Positions 51,892-61,071 of a stretch of DNA of 64,000 bases are shown piece by piece. The notes beneath the pieces are model-generated. The model worked only from the letters and a program-made list of their open reading frames with translations, searched no databases and had not been told where the DNA came from. Source of the DNA: Candidatus Cloacimonadales bacterium (GTDB lineage Bacteria > Cloacimonadota > Cloacimonadia > Cloacimonadales > JAIOQZ01); NCBI GenBank assembly GCA_963674825.1, contig OY771587.1, positions 3,552,001-3,616,000 on the forward strand, read 5' to 3'. How positions within the stretch are numbered: position 1 is the first letter of the stretch; each line of letters begins with the position of its first letter. Both the position numbers and the translations under genes were made by a program.

Positions 51892-54747
51892 CTATTTTAT
51901 ATCCCACCTTACACTGAACAGCACCTCTTTCGAGGTCTGCTGAACCAGTTTATTCTCGATTTCTTTGATGAAATTGTCGCGTTTCCGATCGATATCATCC
52001 TGTGCATCAAACAGCGACCTTCTCTTCTGGCTTCTTTGGGTTTCGAGAGCCCGGAGCTTTCGCTGCCCTTCGAGCTTTTCTTCAAGGGTTGGCGAAAGGG
52101 TCGTTGCACGGCGCACTTCTCTGATTTCCCTGTCGATATCCTTGATATCCCTTTCGAGCTCGGATTTCAGGTCTTCCGCCCATTCGTCCAGCTTCATTGC
52201 CTCGGTATCGTAGAACTGGGTATTCCTTTTCTCAACCTCTTTCTGTATAGCTTCATACCGTCCCGTGAGGCGTTCGTGGCAGAACTCATCAAAGAGGATT
52301 TCGGTCAAATCCTGCACCATTGTGGCGGGGACGTCGAACATTCTTCGGGCAATTTCCGGATCAATGATTTCTCCGGCATCCGTGCAGCAATCGAGAACGA
52401 TGTATTCTTCTGTCACATTCATAGATTCGATTGTGAATAGCACTGCTCGCAGTACACCTGACCACCCGATGTAAGGTTCGAGAGACGTGATTTTACCCTC
52501 ATACTCGCTGAGGTGGAAGGAAATGGACGCTGGTTGTAATTCGCGCCTTGTTGCCCTTTTCAGAAGGTATTGCGCCATCGGATGTGAGGGTCTGTATAGC
52601 ATCGCATGACCGGATCTCCGCGGTAATTCGTACAAACCCAAGTCGAATTGTTTGCCGTCCGGATTTGAAAGCAATGTGAAGGATGACTCCGAGTTGAATT
52701 GCGCATGATCGCCCAATTCGATTTTCGTGAACCGTATCAGAAGCTTTTCGAACTTCGACAGGCATTCATTGGATCTTTTATCCCGGACTCGTAGCTTCTC
52801 CCTGACTTCATCGTCGAAGTTTTCCATCAACTTCTGACTCGTCTGCGTCATTTCATCATCGATTTCCTGGGACATCTCTTCACGGAGCTTAGCAAACGCT
52901 TGCTCGATCTCTTCCTCCGTTCTGCATTTCTGATAGATATCCACAATCCGTTTCTCGAAATCTACACCCGACTCAATTGAGCCAAGAACCTCGTCGCTCG
53001 ATCCGAATACACCTTCGAACAGCTTGAATTTCTCGGAGAGCAGTTCGAATACACGCTTATCAGCGGCGTTCTTGGTATTCAAAAAATTGACCACGACAAC
53101 ATCATGCTTCTGACCATAGCGATGGCAGCGACCGATCCTCTGTTCTACGCGCTGAGGATTCCAAGGCAGATCATAATTCACCACCAATGAGCAAAACTGC
53201 AAGTTGATACCCTCTGCACCGGCTTCGGTTGCAATCATGATTTTCCCTTCATCACGAAAATAATCTACGATTGCTGAGCGTTTGTCCGCTGTTCGACTCC
53301 CCGTAACTCGATCAGTACCTTTGTTTTTCTCTTTCCAATCCTGATAGATTGTCTTCGATCGTTCATCGTTGTTGGACCCGTTGAATAGAACGATTCCTTC
53401 AGAAAACGGGCTATTGGAAAGCAAATCGACCAAATAATTCTGCGTTCTTTTCGATTCGGTAAAGATGATTGCCTTCTGAGGTGCTCCAAATTCTTCAGCA
53501 TACTCAAACGCCCGTTGCAATACTTGAAGTAGGGATTGACCTTTTTCATTGATTTTGATCGATTCTGCCAAGTCACGGTATTCTCCTAGATCATCAATCT
53601 CCTTCTTGAGTGCAATGATATCGGAATCCGTTAGAACTTCATCCTGGGAATCCTCTTCCCATTCATCAGACTCTTCTGTGTATGATTCGAAATCTTCGGA
53701 CAATTCCTGAGCAATGATGTCCTGTGCTTCTTCGTGCCGATTCAACTTAGATAGAAGACGCTTTCTCATCGTATCCAGTGCACCGGCAATCGCGTAGGAT
53801 GAAGAAGCTAGTTGCTTCCTTAAAACCAGGATGATAAGTGTTCGTTGGCTGTTTGGTAAAGCCTGAAGGTTTTCTCGTCGTAGATACTCAGAAACGAGAT
53901 CATACAGCCTCATCTCTGTTTCGCTTGGTGTGAATTCTTGAAGCATGGGGTGCCGTTTGGTGTATTTGATATAAGGCTCCACCTGCCTGCGAAGTGTGCG
54001 ATGGCAGAATGGCTTGATTCGCAAACGCAGATGTTCGAATACTCCTTTGTCTCTTACCTTGGCATACCTGTCACGGAAGCTTCTGACGTCTCCAAATGCC
54101 TGGTCATCCAGAATACTTATCAATCCGTACAGTTCAAGGAGTGAGTTTTGCAAAGGTGTTGCTGTTAATAGTAATTTCTGACTACTTCGCAGAGTGTTTT
54201 TCAGCACGTTTCCGATCACGTTTGATGGTTTGTAAACATTGCGAAGTCTGTGCGCTTCGTCAATTACAACGAGATCCCATGGTATGCTTCGAACATCTTC
54301 AGCCTTCGACTTCGCGAAATGATAAGAACAAATGATGATCTTATCACTGCTGAATGGATTGATATTGCGCTTCTTCAGTATCTGGTTGTAGGTTTTTGAT
54401 TCTAAGATGGAAGAATCCAGGAAGAATTTATCCGCCAGCTCCTGGTACCACTGCTTCCTGAGATTTGCCGGTGTGATGATCAGGATTTTCCTCTTTCGCT
54501 CAGCCCATCGTTGAGAAATAACAAGCCCAGCCTCAATCGTTTTTCCCAAACCCACTTCATCGGCTAAGATTACACCTTTTGTGAGTGGAGAATGAAAAGG
54601 GAATAACGCGGCATCTATCTGGTGTGGATTCAGGTCGATCGTGGCATCAGCCAGAGTTCCTGTCATTTTCTCGAGACTATCAGATGCATATTGGCGCATC
54701 AACTCAGTAGCAAAAAGCTTGGAATGGTATTTCGTCTGTGCTTCCAT
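51892..54747 (-). CDS. SNF2-family helicase/ATPase (type III R-M associated type)
   Basis: ILADEVGLGKT, IDEAH, LLTATPLQN, AGAEGINLQ, YDLPWNP, QRIGRCHRYGQ; coiled-coil C-terminus. Confidence 0.92.
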   Translation of the reverse strand: MEAQTKYHSKLFATELMRQYASDSLEKMTGTLADATIDLNPHQIDAALFPFHSPLTKGVILADEVGLGKTIEAGLVISQRWAERKRKILIITPANLRKQWYQELADKFFLDSSILESKTYNQILKKRNINPFSSDKIIICSYHFAKSKAEDVRSIPWDLVVIDEAHRLRNVYKPSNVIGNVLKNTLRSSQKLLLTATPLQNSLLELYGLISILDDQAFGDVRSFRDRYAKVRDKGVFEHLRLRIKPFCHRTLRRQVEPYIKYTKRHPMLQEFTPSETEMRLYDLVSEYLRRENLQALPNSQRTLIILVLRKQLASSSYAIAGALDTMRKRLLSKLNRHEEAQDIIAQELSEDFESYTEESDEWEEDSQDEVLTDSDIIALKKEIDDLGEYRDLAESIKINEKGQSLLQVLQRAFEYAEEFGAPQKAIIFTESKRTQNYLVDLLSNSPFSEGIVLFNGSNNDERSKTIYQDWKEKNKGTDRVTGSRTADKRSAIVDYFRDEGKIMIATEAGAEGINLQFCSLVVNYDLPWNPQRVEQRIGRCHRYGQKHDVVVVNFLNTKNAADKRVFELLSEKFKLFEGVFGSSDEVLGSIESGVDFEKRIVDIYQKCRTEEEIEQAFAKLREEMSQEIDDEMTQTSQKLMENFDDEVREKLRVRDKRSNECLSKFEKLLIRFTKIELGDHAQFNSESSFTLLSNPDGKQFDLGLYELPRRSGHAMLYRPSHPMAQYLLKRATRRELQPASISFHLSEYEGKITSLEPYIGWSGVLRAVLFTIESMNVTEEYIVLDCCTDAGEIIDPEIARRMFDVPATMVQDLTEILFDEFCHERLTGRYEAIQKEVEKRNTQFYDTEAMKLDEWAEDLKSELERDIKDIDREIREVRRATTLSPTLEEKLEGQRKLRALETQRSQKRRSLFDAQDDIDRKRDNFIKEIENKLVQQTSKEVLFSVRWDIK

Positions 54748-54990
54748 CCAATATCCTTATCGGTTAATCTGGATCGTTAATCAAGCAATTCGGACATAAT
54801 CATTAGAGGCAAGCAATTGTTAACCAATAGGAATTTTTGGATTGTTCTTGTCAATCTTATATCTTTTTCTGAACTTGATCGCTGTATATAAATGAATAAT
54901 GTGAAGTTGTTCAAAGTGCTTCTACACACCACTCTTCCCTACCTCACGAACCACCAACATTCACAACAATGCACAGACATTCACAGGCTG

Positions 54991-55011
54991 TTTGTCAGTC
55001 ATTTGTCAGTC
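54991..55011. repeat. Tandem 10-bp direct repeat, candidate integrase arm-type sites
   Basis: TTTGTCAGTC at 54991-55000 and 55002-55011. Confidence 0.5.
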
Positions 55012-55327
55012 GGGTTGTTTTGGTAGGGGCTATCCTGTTATGGTTGTGTAGATTGCGAAAAGCGCTGTTTGGCTTCTAAGGGATATGGCGTGTTATTACA
55101 CAGCATTATTTCATAGACCAGAGAACAGAGATCATCCACATGCATTGAAAACGATAGGATACAATGGTTCGCCACGAAATCGTGAATATTTTCCGATAAA
55201 CAGAAAATATTTCTTGCCATAATCGTGAAAGCTTTTATGCTTTGGGCATAACCTGCTGATAAATAGTCATTAAAAGGGATGACTGATCAGTGGCACATTT
55301 CATGCATTTCATATTTGCGAGGTTATC

Positions 55328-55690
55328 ATGAAGAAATTTCTGATTGTCGATGATCAAGTTCTATATTTGAAGTCGCTGAAAGCTTTGTTCTCGAAGAACT
55401 ATAAGGTTGTAACGGCTTCTTCTTATGATGAAGCGATTGAGCAGTTACAGAATCCTGTTGATATCGCATTGATCGATATACGCCTTGATGAGGACGACGA
55501 GAATAATGCTGATGGGCTGAAATTGCTGAAGTGGATTCAGCAAAACAGCCCGTCAATCTCGTGCTTTACCATGAGTGCATACACGGATTTCGGATACACA
55601 GAGAAAGCGCTTTCATCAGGAGCCAGGTATTTCTTCAGGAAACCCATCGATATAAAAACGCTGACAGATATCATCAAGGAAAAGGGATAA
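55328..55690 (+). CDS. Stand-alone receiver-domain response regulator
   Basis: LIVDD, LIDIRL (phospho-Asp), DGL, MSA, RKP; RBS GAGG. Confidence 0.92.
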   Translation: MKKFLIVDDQVLYLKSLKALFSKNYKVVTASSYDEAIEQLQNPVDIALIDIRLDEDDENNADGLKLLKWIQQNSPSISCFTMSAYTDFGYTEKALSSGARYFFRKPIDIKTLTDIIKEKG

Positions 55691-56559
55691 TGCTACAACA
55701 GCTGTTGGTGAATGGTTTTATCCTTGGGTCTGTCTATTCGATGATGGCTTTAGGATTTGCTCTGATTTACAATACGACTCACATTTTCCATATTGCATAT
55801 GCAGGTGTATATATTGTCAGTCCATACCTTTTCATGGCTTGTGTGGCCATGGTTGGGCTTAATCCTGTCTTATCGTTTGTTATCGCTCTCCTCCTGTCTG
55901 TCATCGTAAGCCTGTCAATAGAACGAATCGCGTATTATCCTCTTGAAAAACGACGCAGTCCATCGACAGTTATCATGATCAGTTCATTGGCGTGTATGAC
56001 AATCATTATCAATGTGATTGCTATGATCTTCGGAAATGAAACCAAAATCATCAATTCCTCGATATCGGGTTCGCTGGTAATCAATGACTTGATTATCACG
56101 CGCCCTCAGTATATTCAGCTGTCAGTATCATTATTCATCATTGCAGGAATTATTGCGCTGATCAACAGAACTGGGATCGGGATTGCGACGCGCGCGCTCA
56201 GTAATAATAAATTACTCTGTCAGGTGATGGGGTTAAAGGTTTATCGCTTTCGCTTGCTCTTGTTTGCTTTAAGCGGATTTATTGCAGCCGTTGGTGGGTT
56301 ACTGATTGCTTATGATGTCGGGATTGATCCTTATGTTGGTATGTCGATGCTGCTCGTATCAATCGTAGCGGTGATTATCGGCGGAGTTGGAAACTTCTAT
56401 GGTCCAATTCTGGGCGGTTTTATTCTTGGGATTCTTCAGGCTTTGACGATTGGGTTTTTCTCTTCACGTTGGCAAAATGTGGTTACGTTTGCCCTGCTGA
56501 TTATCTTCTTGCTTCTCAGACCTCAGGGTTTGCTTGGTGAGAAGCAGAGGATGGCCTGA
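55690..56559 (+). CDS. livH: HAAT (branched-chain amino acid type) ABC permease
   Basis: QQLLVNGFILGSVYSMMALGFALIY; IIGGVGN; RPQGLLG; ATG 55690 overlaps receiver TAA. Confidence 0.88.
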   Translation: MLQQLLVNGFILGSVYSMMALGFALIYNTTHIFHIAYAGVYIVSPYLFMACVAMVGLNPVLSFVIALLLSVIVSLSIERIAYYPLEKRRSPSTVIMISSLACMTIIINVIAMIFGNETKIINSSISGSLVINDLIITRPQYIQLSVSLFIIAGIIALINRTGIGIATRALSNNKLLCQVMGLKVYRFRLLLFALSGFIAAVGGLLIAYDVGIDPYVGMSMLLVSIVAVIIGGVGNFYGPILGGFILGILQALTIGFFSSRWQNVVTFALLIIFLLLRPQGLLGEKQRMA

Positions 56560-57431
56560 TGAACTACGTCATGCATCTTGTGGTGATGATCAACATCTAC
56601 ATCGTTCTGACCACGAGTTCAAATCTACTTGTGGGCATGACGAATCTCCTTTCACTCGGACAGGCAGCTTTCTATGGTTTGGGTGCATATTTTGTTGTGT
56701 TGGGTCTCGTTGTGCTGCATCTTCCGTTTTTACCGACTCTATTGCTTGCCATGCTTTTAAATGCAGGCTTCGGGTTGTTGCTCGCATTGCCTTCGATACG
56801 TCTTAAGGGCGATTACTTTGTTTTTGCTACTCTGGGATTTCAGCTGATAACTTACACGATATTGTATAACTGGGTTTCGCTAACTCGTGGTCCTTATGGC
56901 GTTCCTGGAATACCTGCCCCAAAACTGCTGGGCGTGCTGGAGATATCCGGGCTTGTTCAATACTGTATTTTGAGTCTTGTATTGGCATTTCTGGTGATTT
57001 TGGTTTTCAATCGGCTGATAAAATCTCCATTTGGCCGAGTATTGAAGGGTATAAGGGAAGACGAGTTATCTGTTTTATCACTCGGTCGAAACGTGACGAT
57101 GTATAAGATTGAAGTATTTGTTATCACCTGTGCATTCATCACGATATCTGGTTTTTTGTATGCAACATACGTTACCTACATTGATCCAACAAGCTTTACG
57201 CTTGATGAATCGATTTTTATCCTTTCGGCTCTGCTTATCGGTGGAACGGGCAATCTGAAAGGGCCTATCGTCGGTGCAGTTTTTGTTGTCCTTCTTCCTG
57301 AGGTGATTCGGTTTCTCGGCTTACCCGAAGGAATCGCGGCCAATCTCAGGCAGATCATTTATGGATTCTTCCTGTTGGTGTTGATGTACTTCAGACCGCA
57401 AGGTATAGCTGGAAATTATCAGGTGAAATGA
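56559..57431 (+). CDS. livM: HAAT ABC permease
   Basis: LSLGQAAFYGLGAY, RLKGDYF, SPFGRVLKGIREDE, RPQG. Confidence 0.88.
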   Translation: MNYVMHLVVMINIYIVLTTSSNLLVGMTNLLSLGQAAFYGLGAYFVVLGLVVLHLPFLPTLLLAMLLNAGFGLLLALPSIRLKGDYFVFATLGFQLITYTILYNWVSLTRGPYGVPGIPAPKLLGVLEISGLVQYCILSLVLAFLVILVFNRLIKSPFGRVLKGIREDELSVLSLGRNVTMYKIEVFVITCAFITISGFLYATYVTYIDPTSFTLDESIFILSALLIGGTGNLKGPIVGAVFVVLLPEVIRFLGLPEGIAANLRQIIYGFFLLVLMYFRPQGIAGNYQVK

Positions 57432-58267
57432 TGAACGAAGATATACTGCAAATCCAGGATTTGTCGAAGGCTTACAGCCGTCAGGTTGTCAATATCGATG
57501 GTGTCGAGACAAACGAGCGATACAATATCATTTTCGATCTGGATCTTGATATCCCTCAGAATACAATAACTGCGCTAATTGGAGGAAACGGAGCGGGTAA
57601 GACAACTCTATTCAACATTATAAGTGGAATAACAGAAGCGGATAGCGGCTCAATCATGTATTGCACAAAGAACCAGAACAGCTGGATCAGCCTGCTGAAT
57701 CAACCCCCTCACAGGATGAAAAAGATCGGTATTGGACGTCTTTTTCAAGATAATCACATATTTCTTCAAATGTCCGTCCTTGAAAACATGATGATCGCAG
57801 ATAGCAATGAATGGGGAGAGATGCCATTTGTATCCTTATTCAATCGTAAAAAAAACAGGGAAATCGAGCAATTTCGCATGAAGAAGGCTAAGGACACATT
57901 TGAGTTGTTGTTTGGCAGAGACAATCCGTTCTGGCAGAAAAGAGATGATCTCGCTTCAACATTGTCCTATGGTCAGCAACGGCTTCTGGGACTTGCTCGT
58001 TTGTTGATGGGAAAATACCGGCTCGTCTTGTTGGATGAGCCTACGTCCGGTGTTAATCCCATGCTGGCAAATACGATATGCTCTGTTATCAAGAAGATGG
58101 TCGATGAGGAAGGAATCACCGTGTTCCTGATCGAGCATAACATGAAGATCGTGGAAGAAATAGCTGATTATTGCAGCTTCATGAGCCACGGGAAAATAAC
58201 TGCCTTTGGTTATCCGAGAGATGTCATCGGTGATGAAACCGTACGGAAAACGTATCTGGGGATGTGA
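57428..58267 (+). CDS. livG: HAAT ABC ATPase
   Basis: GGNGAGKTTLFN, GIGRLFQ, LSYGQQR, LDEPTSGVNP, IEHNM. Confidence 0.88.
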   Translation: MMNEDILQIQDLSKAYSRQVVNIDGVETNERYNIIFDLDLDIPQNTITALIGGNGAGKTTLFNIISGITEADSGSIMYCTKNQNSWISLLNQPPHRMKKIGIGRLFQDNHIFLQMSVLENMMIADSNEWGEMPFVSLFNRKKNREIEQFRMKKAKDTFELLFGRDNPFWQKRDDLASTLSYGQQRLLGLARLLMGKYRLVLLDEPTSGVNPMLANTICSVIKKMVDEEGITVFLIEHNMKIVEEIADYCSFMSHGKITAFGYPRDVIGDETVRKTYLGM

Positions 58268-58974
58268 TGATGGATGCTAAGAACGTGATGAAAATCCGTG
58301 ATCTTTACGCTGGATACGTAAAAGGTAACCATATTCTTCAGGGCGTGAATCTGGATGTTCATGAGAATGAGATCATCGCGATCGTCGGCCAGAACGGAGC
58401 AGGGAAATCGACCCTCGCGAAGGCGATTATGGGTTTTATTCCTGAACGCTCCGGAGCGATCGAGTTAATGTCTCATGCTGCTCCTCACAAGGATATCGTT
58501 GGGGCCATCGGCTTTCTGATGCAAAACGACAATGTTTTCGACAACATGACGATATCCGAAAACTTGCGTTTCGCGGGTAGAAAGCTTGACAAAAACGCTT
58601 TCACAAACGAATTGAATACTGTTCGGGAGCTTTTCGACGTGCTGCTAAAAGATGGTTATGCACGTCGCAAGGCATCCTATCTAAGTGGCGGAGAGAAGCA
58701 TCAACTTGCACTCGCAATGGTTATGCTTCAAAATCCTGCACTCTACGTCTTGGACGAGCCATCTGCCGGTCTTTCACCCGACAACCGGAAGAAGATATTC
58801 GCGAGCATCCGTGAGTTGCGCTCCCTGTCCGGGAAAAGCATTATCCTGATCGAACAGAACGTCAACGAAGCGATCAAAATCGCCGACCGCGTCGCTCTGC
58901 TTAAGCTTGGTAAAATCGATAAAATAGAATACACAAACAAAATACAAAACATTGATGAGTTCTTCTGGAAATAG
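58264..58974 (+). CDS. livF: HAAT ABC ATPase
   Basis: GQNGAGKST, LSGGEK, LDEPSAGLSP, IEQN. Confidence 0.88.
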   Translation: MMMDAKNVMKIRDLYAGYVKGNHILQGVNLDVHENEIIAIVGQNGAGKSTLAKAIMGFIPERSGAIELMSHAAPHKDIVGAIGFLMQNDNVFDNMTISENLRFAGRKLDKNAFTNELNTVRELFDVLLKDGYARRKASYLSGGEKHQLALAMVMLQNPALYVLDEPSAGLSPDNRKKIFASIRELRSLSGKSIILIEQNVNEAIKIADRVALLKLGKIDKIEYTNKIQNIDEFFWK

Positions 58975-58993
58975 GACCCATCAAGGAGGAAAA

Positions 58994-60154
58994 ATGAGAA
59001 ACAAAACTATTGTTTCAATTCTCGCAATACTTTTCTTGGTAGCGTTGTTTGCAGGATGCGCGAAGAAGGAACCCAAGATTACGGTTGCATGTAATCTGCC
59101 ATTAACGGGTGATTTTGCTACATACGGTACAGCAATACAGAACGGTGCGATGCTGGCGCTTGATGATCTGGAAAAAGAAAACCCTGAATTACGTAATCGA
59201 ATAGAATTTCTTTGGGGCGATAATGCTGGAAAGGCAAACCAGACAGTTAACCTTCTCAATCAGCAATTGATGCAAAATCCAGATATCTACGTATCCGGAG
59301 TGAAGCCACAGACGATGGCGATTTTCGATAAATTGCACGAAATGGGATTACCGCATTTTGTGTGGATCTTTGATGCATTTATCACTCAGAAAGGCGATGA
59401 TGTGTTTAGAACATGGGTGAATTATAAATATGAGCCGAAAATGTATCTGAATTATGCTAAGCAATTTCTTGATGATAAGCTTAATGTGGAGGCTAGACAA
59501 TCACCGAGATTGGCAATTATTTACGTAAATTTCCCGCATGTATTGGAAGAGGTTGAGGAAATAATGAAGCCAGAACTTCAGGAAATGGGAATTAACGGAG
59601 ACAATCTATTCATCGAGAACTATAACTGGGAAGAAAAAGATTTCAAAAACATTGTTACAAAGCTTTCGAAGTTCAATCCTGATCTCATCATCATTAACGG
59701 TTTCCAGGGGAATCTTGTTGGATTGACAAAAGCCTTGAGGACATATCGCATGATAAAGGACGGGAATGTTATCGCAACATATGATATGCTTGATGCAGCT
59801 GAGATACTCACACCGGATGAACTTGAAGGTATTCGCGTTGTTGTTCCTGCTTACAACGTTGATAACTCAAAACAATTGGAAGATTGGAAGAGTGATTATT
59901 CGGAGAAGTATGGAAAATCACCGCTGTATACAGATGCCTATGCTTATGATATGGCTATGATTATATCCGACGCTATTTCCCGGACTGAAATGCCTTACTC
60001 CAAGGAGAAGTGGTGCTCAGCAATAATGGAAACCGATATAGAGGGACTTACCGGTAGATTGAAGTTTGATGACACTGGAGATCTTCTGCTCTCATTAAAG
60101 ATTGCTGTGTTTAAAGATGGCAATCTTGTTGAAGATGTTTCAATCAAGCAATAG
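58994..60154 (+). CDS. HAAT ABC substrate-binding lipoprotein (LivJ/K-like)
   Basis: RBS AAGGAGG, lipobox FAGC; LPLTGDFATYG; AYAYD; GLTGRLKFD. Confidence 0.85.
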   Translation: MRNKTIVSILAILFLVALFAGCAKKEPKITVACNLPLTGDFATYGTAIQNGAMLALDDLEKENPELRNRIEFLWGDNAGKANQTVNLLNQQLMQNPDIYVSGVKPQTMAIFDKLHEMGLPHFVWIFDAFITQKGDDVFRTWVNYKYEPKMYLNYAKQFLDDKLNVEARQSPRLAIIYVNFPHVLEEVEEIMKPELQEMGINGDNLFIENYNWEEKDFKNIVTKLSKFNPDLIIINGFQGNLVGLTKALRTYRMIKDGNVIATYDMLDAAEILTPDELEGIRVVVPAYNVDNSKQLEDWKSDYSEKYGKSPLYTDAYAYDMAMIISDAISRTEMPYSKEKWCSAIMETDIEGLTGRLKFDDTGDLLLSLKIAVFKDGNLVEDVSIKQ

Positions 60155-60167
60155 TGCGGAGGCATGT

Positions 60168-61058
60168 TTGAAAGCCCATGACATAACAATGTTCGATGAT
60201 TATGTGGAGTTTGACTCTATAAAATTGAAGGTTGATCCCGTCAATCGTAAGTGTCCGGTAAAACATGACAATGTTATGGCCATCTTTTTTGAGGAGCAGC
60301 CCATCATGTGGCTGCTCCTTAAGGAGAAAATCGAAAACAAATTGCAAGAATTAGGTCATGTCAAAGAAGCAGTTGATTTTCTTGATGTCGGTTGTGGTTC
60401 AGGTTTTTGGGGGGTGATGCTTCGAAAGCATTTCAATTGCTCTGTTATTGCGTTAGACAAACTGGAAAGAGCTGTGAGGCTATGCAGAGAGAATGCAAAG
60501 CTGAACAATGTCACATTGCATGTTGTTCATAGCACTTATGAACAATGGGCACAGGGACATAGCAAAGCAAAAATTATTGGTTTATATCCTCCATATCATA
60601 TATATCCTCCAGCTACAGAAGATATGATACCTTTTCACGCAAGGGGTGGATCAAATGGAACAGAAGAATTCTATTCTCAGTTAAAAATTTCTTCAGATGT
60701 GTTGGTTGAAGATGGTATGGTGATTTTCAACATGATGTCAATAGGGGATGAGGCTGGTCCAGAGTATGTAAAAAGATACAAGGAATTATTGGGTCGGAAT
60801 GCCTCTCTTTCATATACAAATATATTTCAGCCCTTAGACACAAGTTATTTTTTAAGAAAACTTTACGGTCGGAATCACATGGAGTTTCAAGTGCGTATTG
60901 CCCAGGGGTTTCCGAAAATATATTACACAATTGGCACGATAACGAATGATAATAGGGGGCAAGTTACGTGTGAACCATTAAAAATTGATTTGACAACAAG
61001 AAGTTGGGCTGATCGAATTGCTTTACATAAGGAGATAAATTCACATGTCTCCTTGTAA
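60168..61058 (+). CDS. Class I SAM methyltransferase, HemK/PrmC-like
   Basis: LDVGCGSG, ALD...AV...ENAKLN, LYPPYH (NPPY-like), GGSNG; TTG 60168 after GGAGG. Confidence 0.8.
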   Translation: MKAHDITMFDDYVEFDSIKLKVDPVNRKCPVKHDNVMAIFFEEQPIMWLLLKEKIENKLQELGHVKEAVDFLDVGCGSGFWGVMLRKHFNCSVIALDKLERAVRLCRENAKLNNVTLHVVHSTYEQWAQGHSKAKIIGLYPPYHIYPPATEDMIPFHARGGSNGTEEFYSQLKISSDVLVEDGMVIFNMMSIGDEAGPEYVKRYKELLGRNASLSYTNIFQPLDTSYFLRKLYGRNHMEFQVRIAQGFPKIYYTIGTITNDNRGQVTCEPLKIDLTTRSWADRIALHKEINSHVSL

Positions 61059-61071
61059 AGGAGTATTGACT

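Noticed and set aside
51892..54747. DISARM or BREX assignment for the SNF2 gene
   Set aside because: No drmA/B/C, brxC, pglX or pglZ partners; context is a type III Mod remnant
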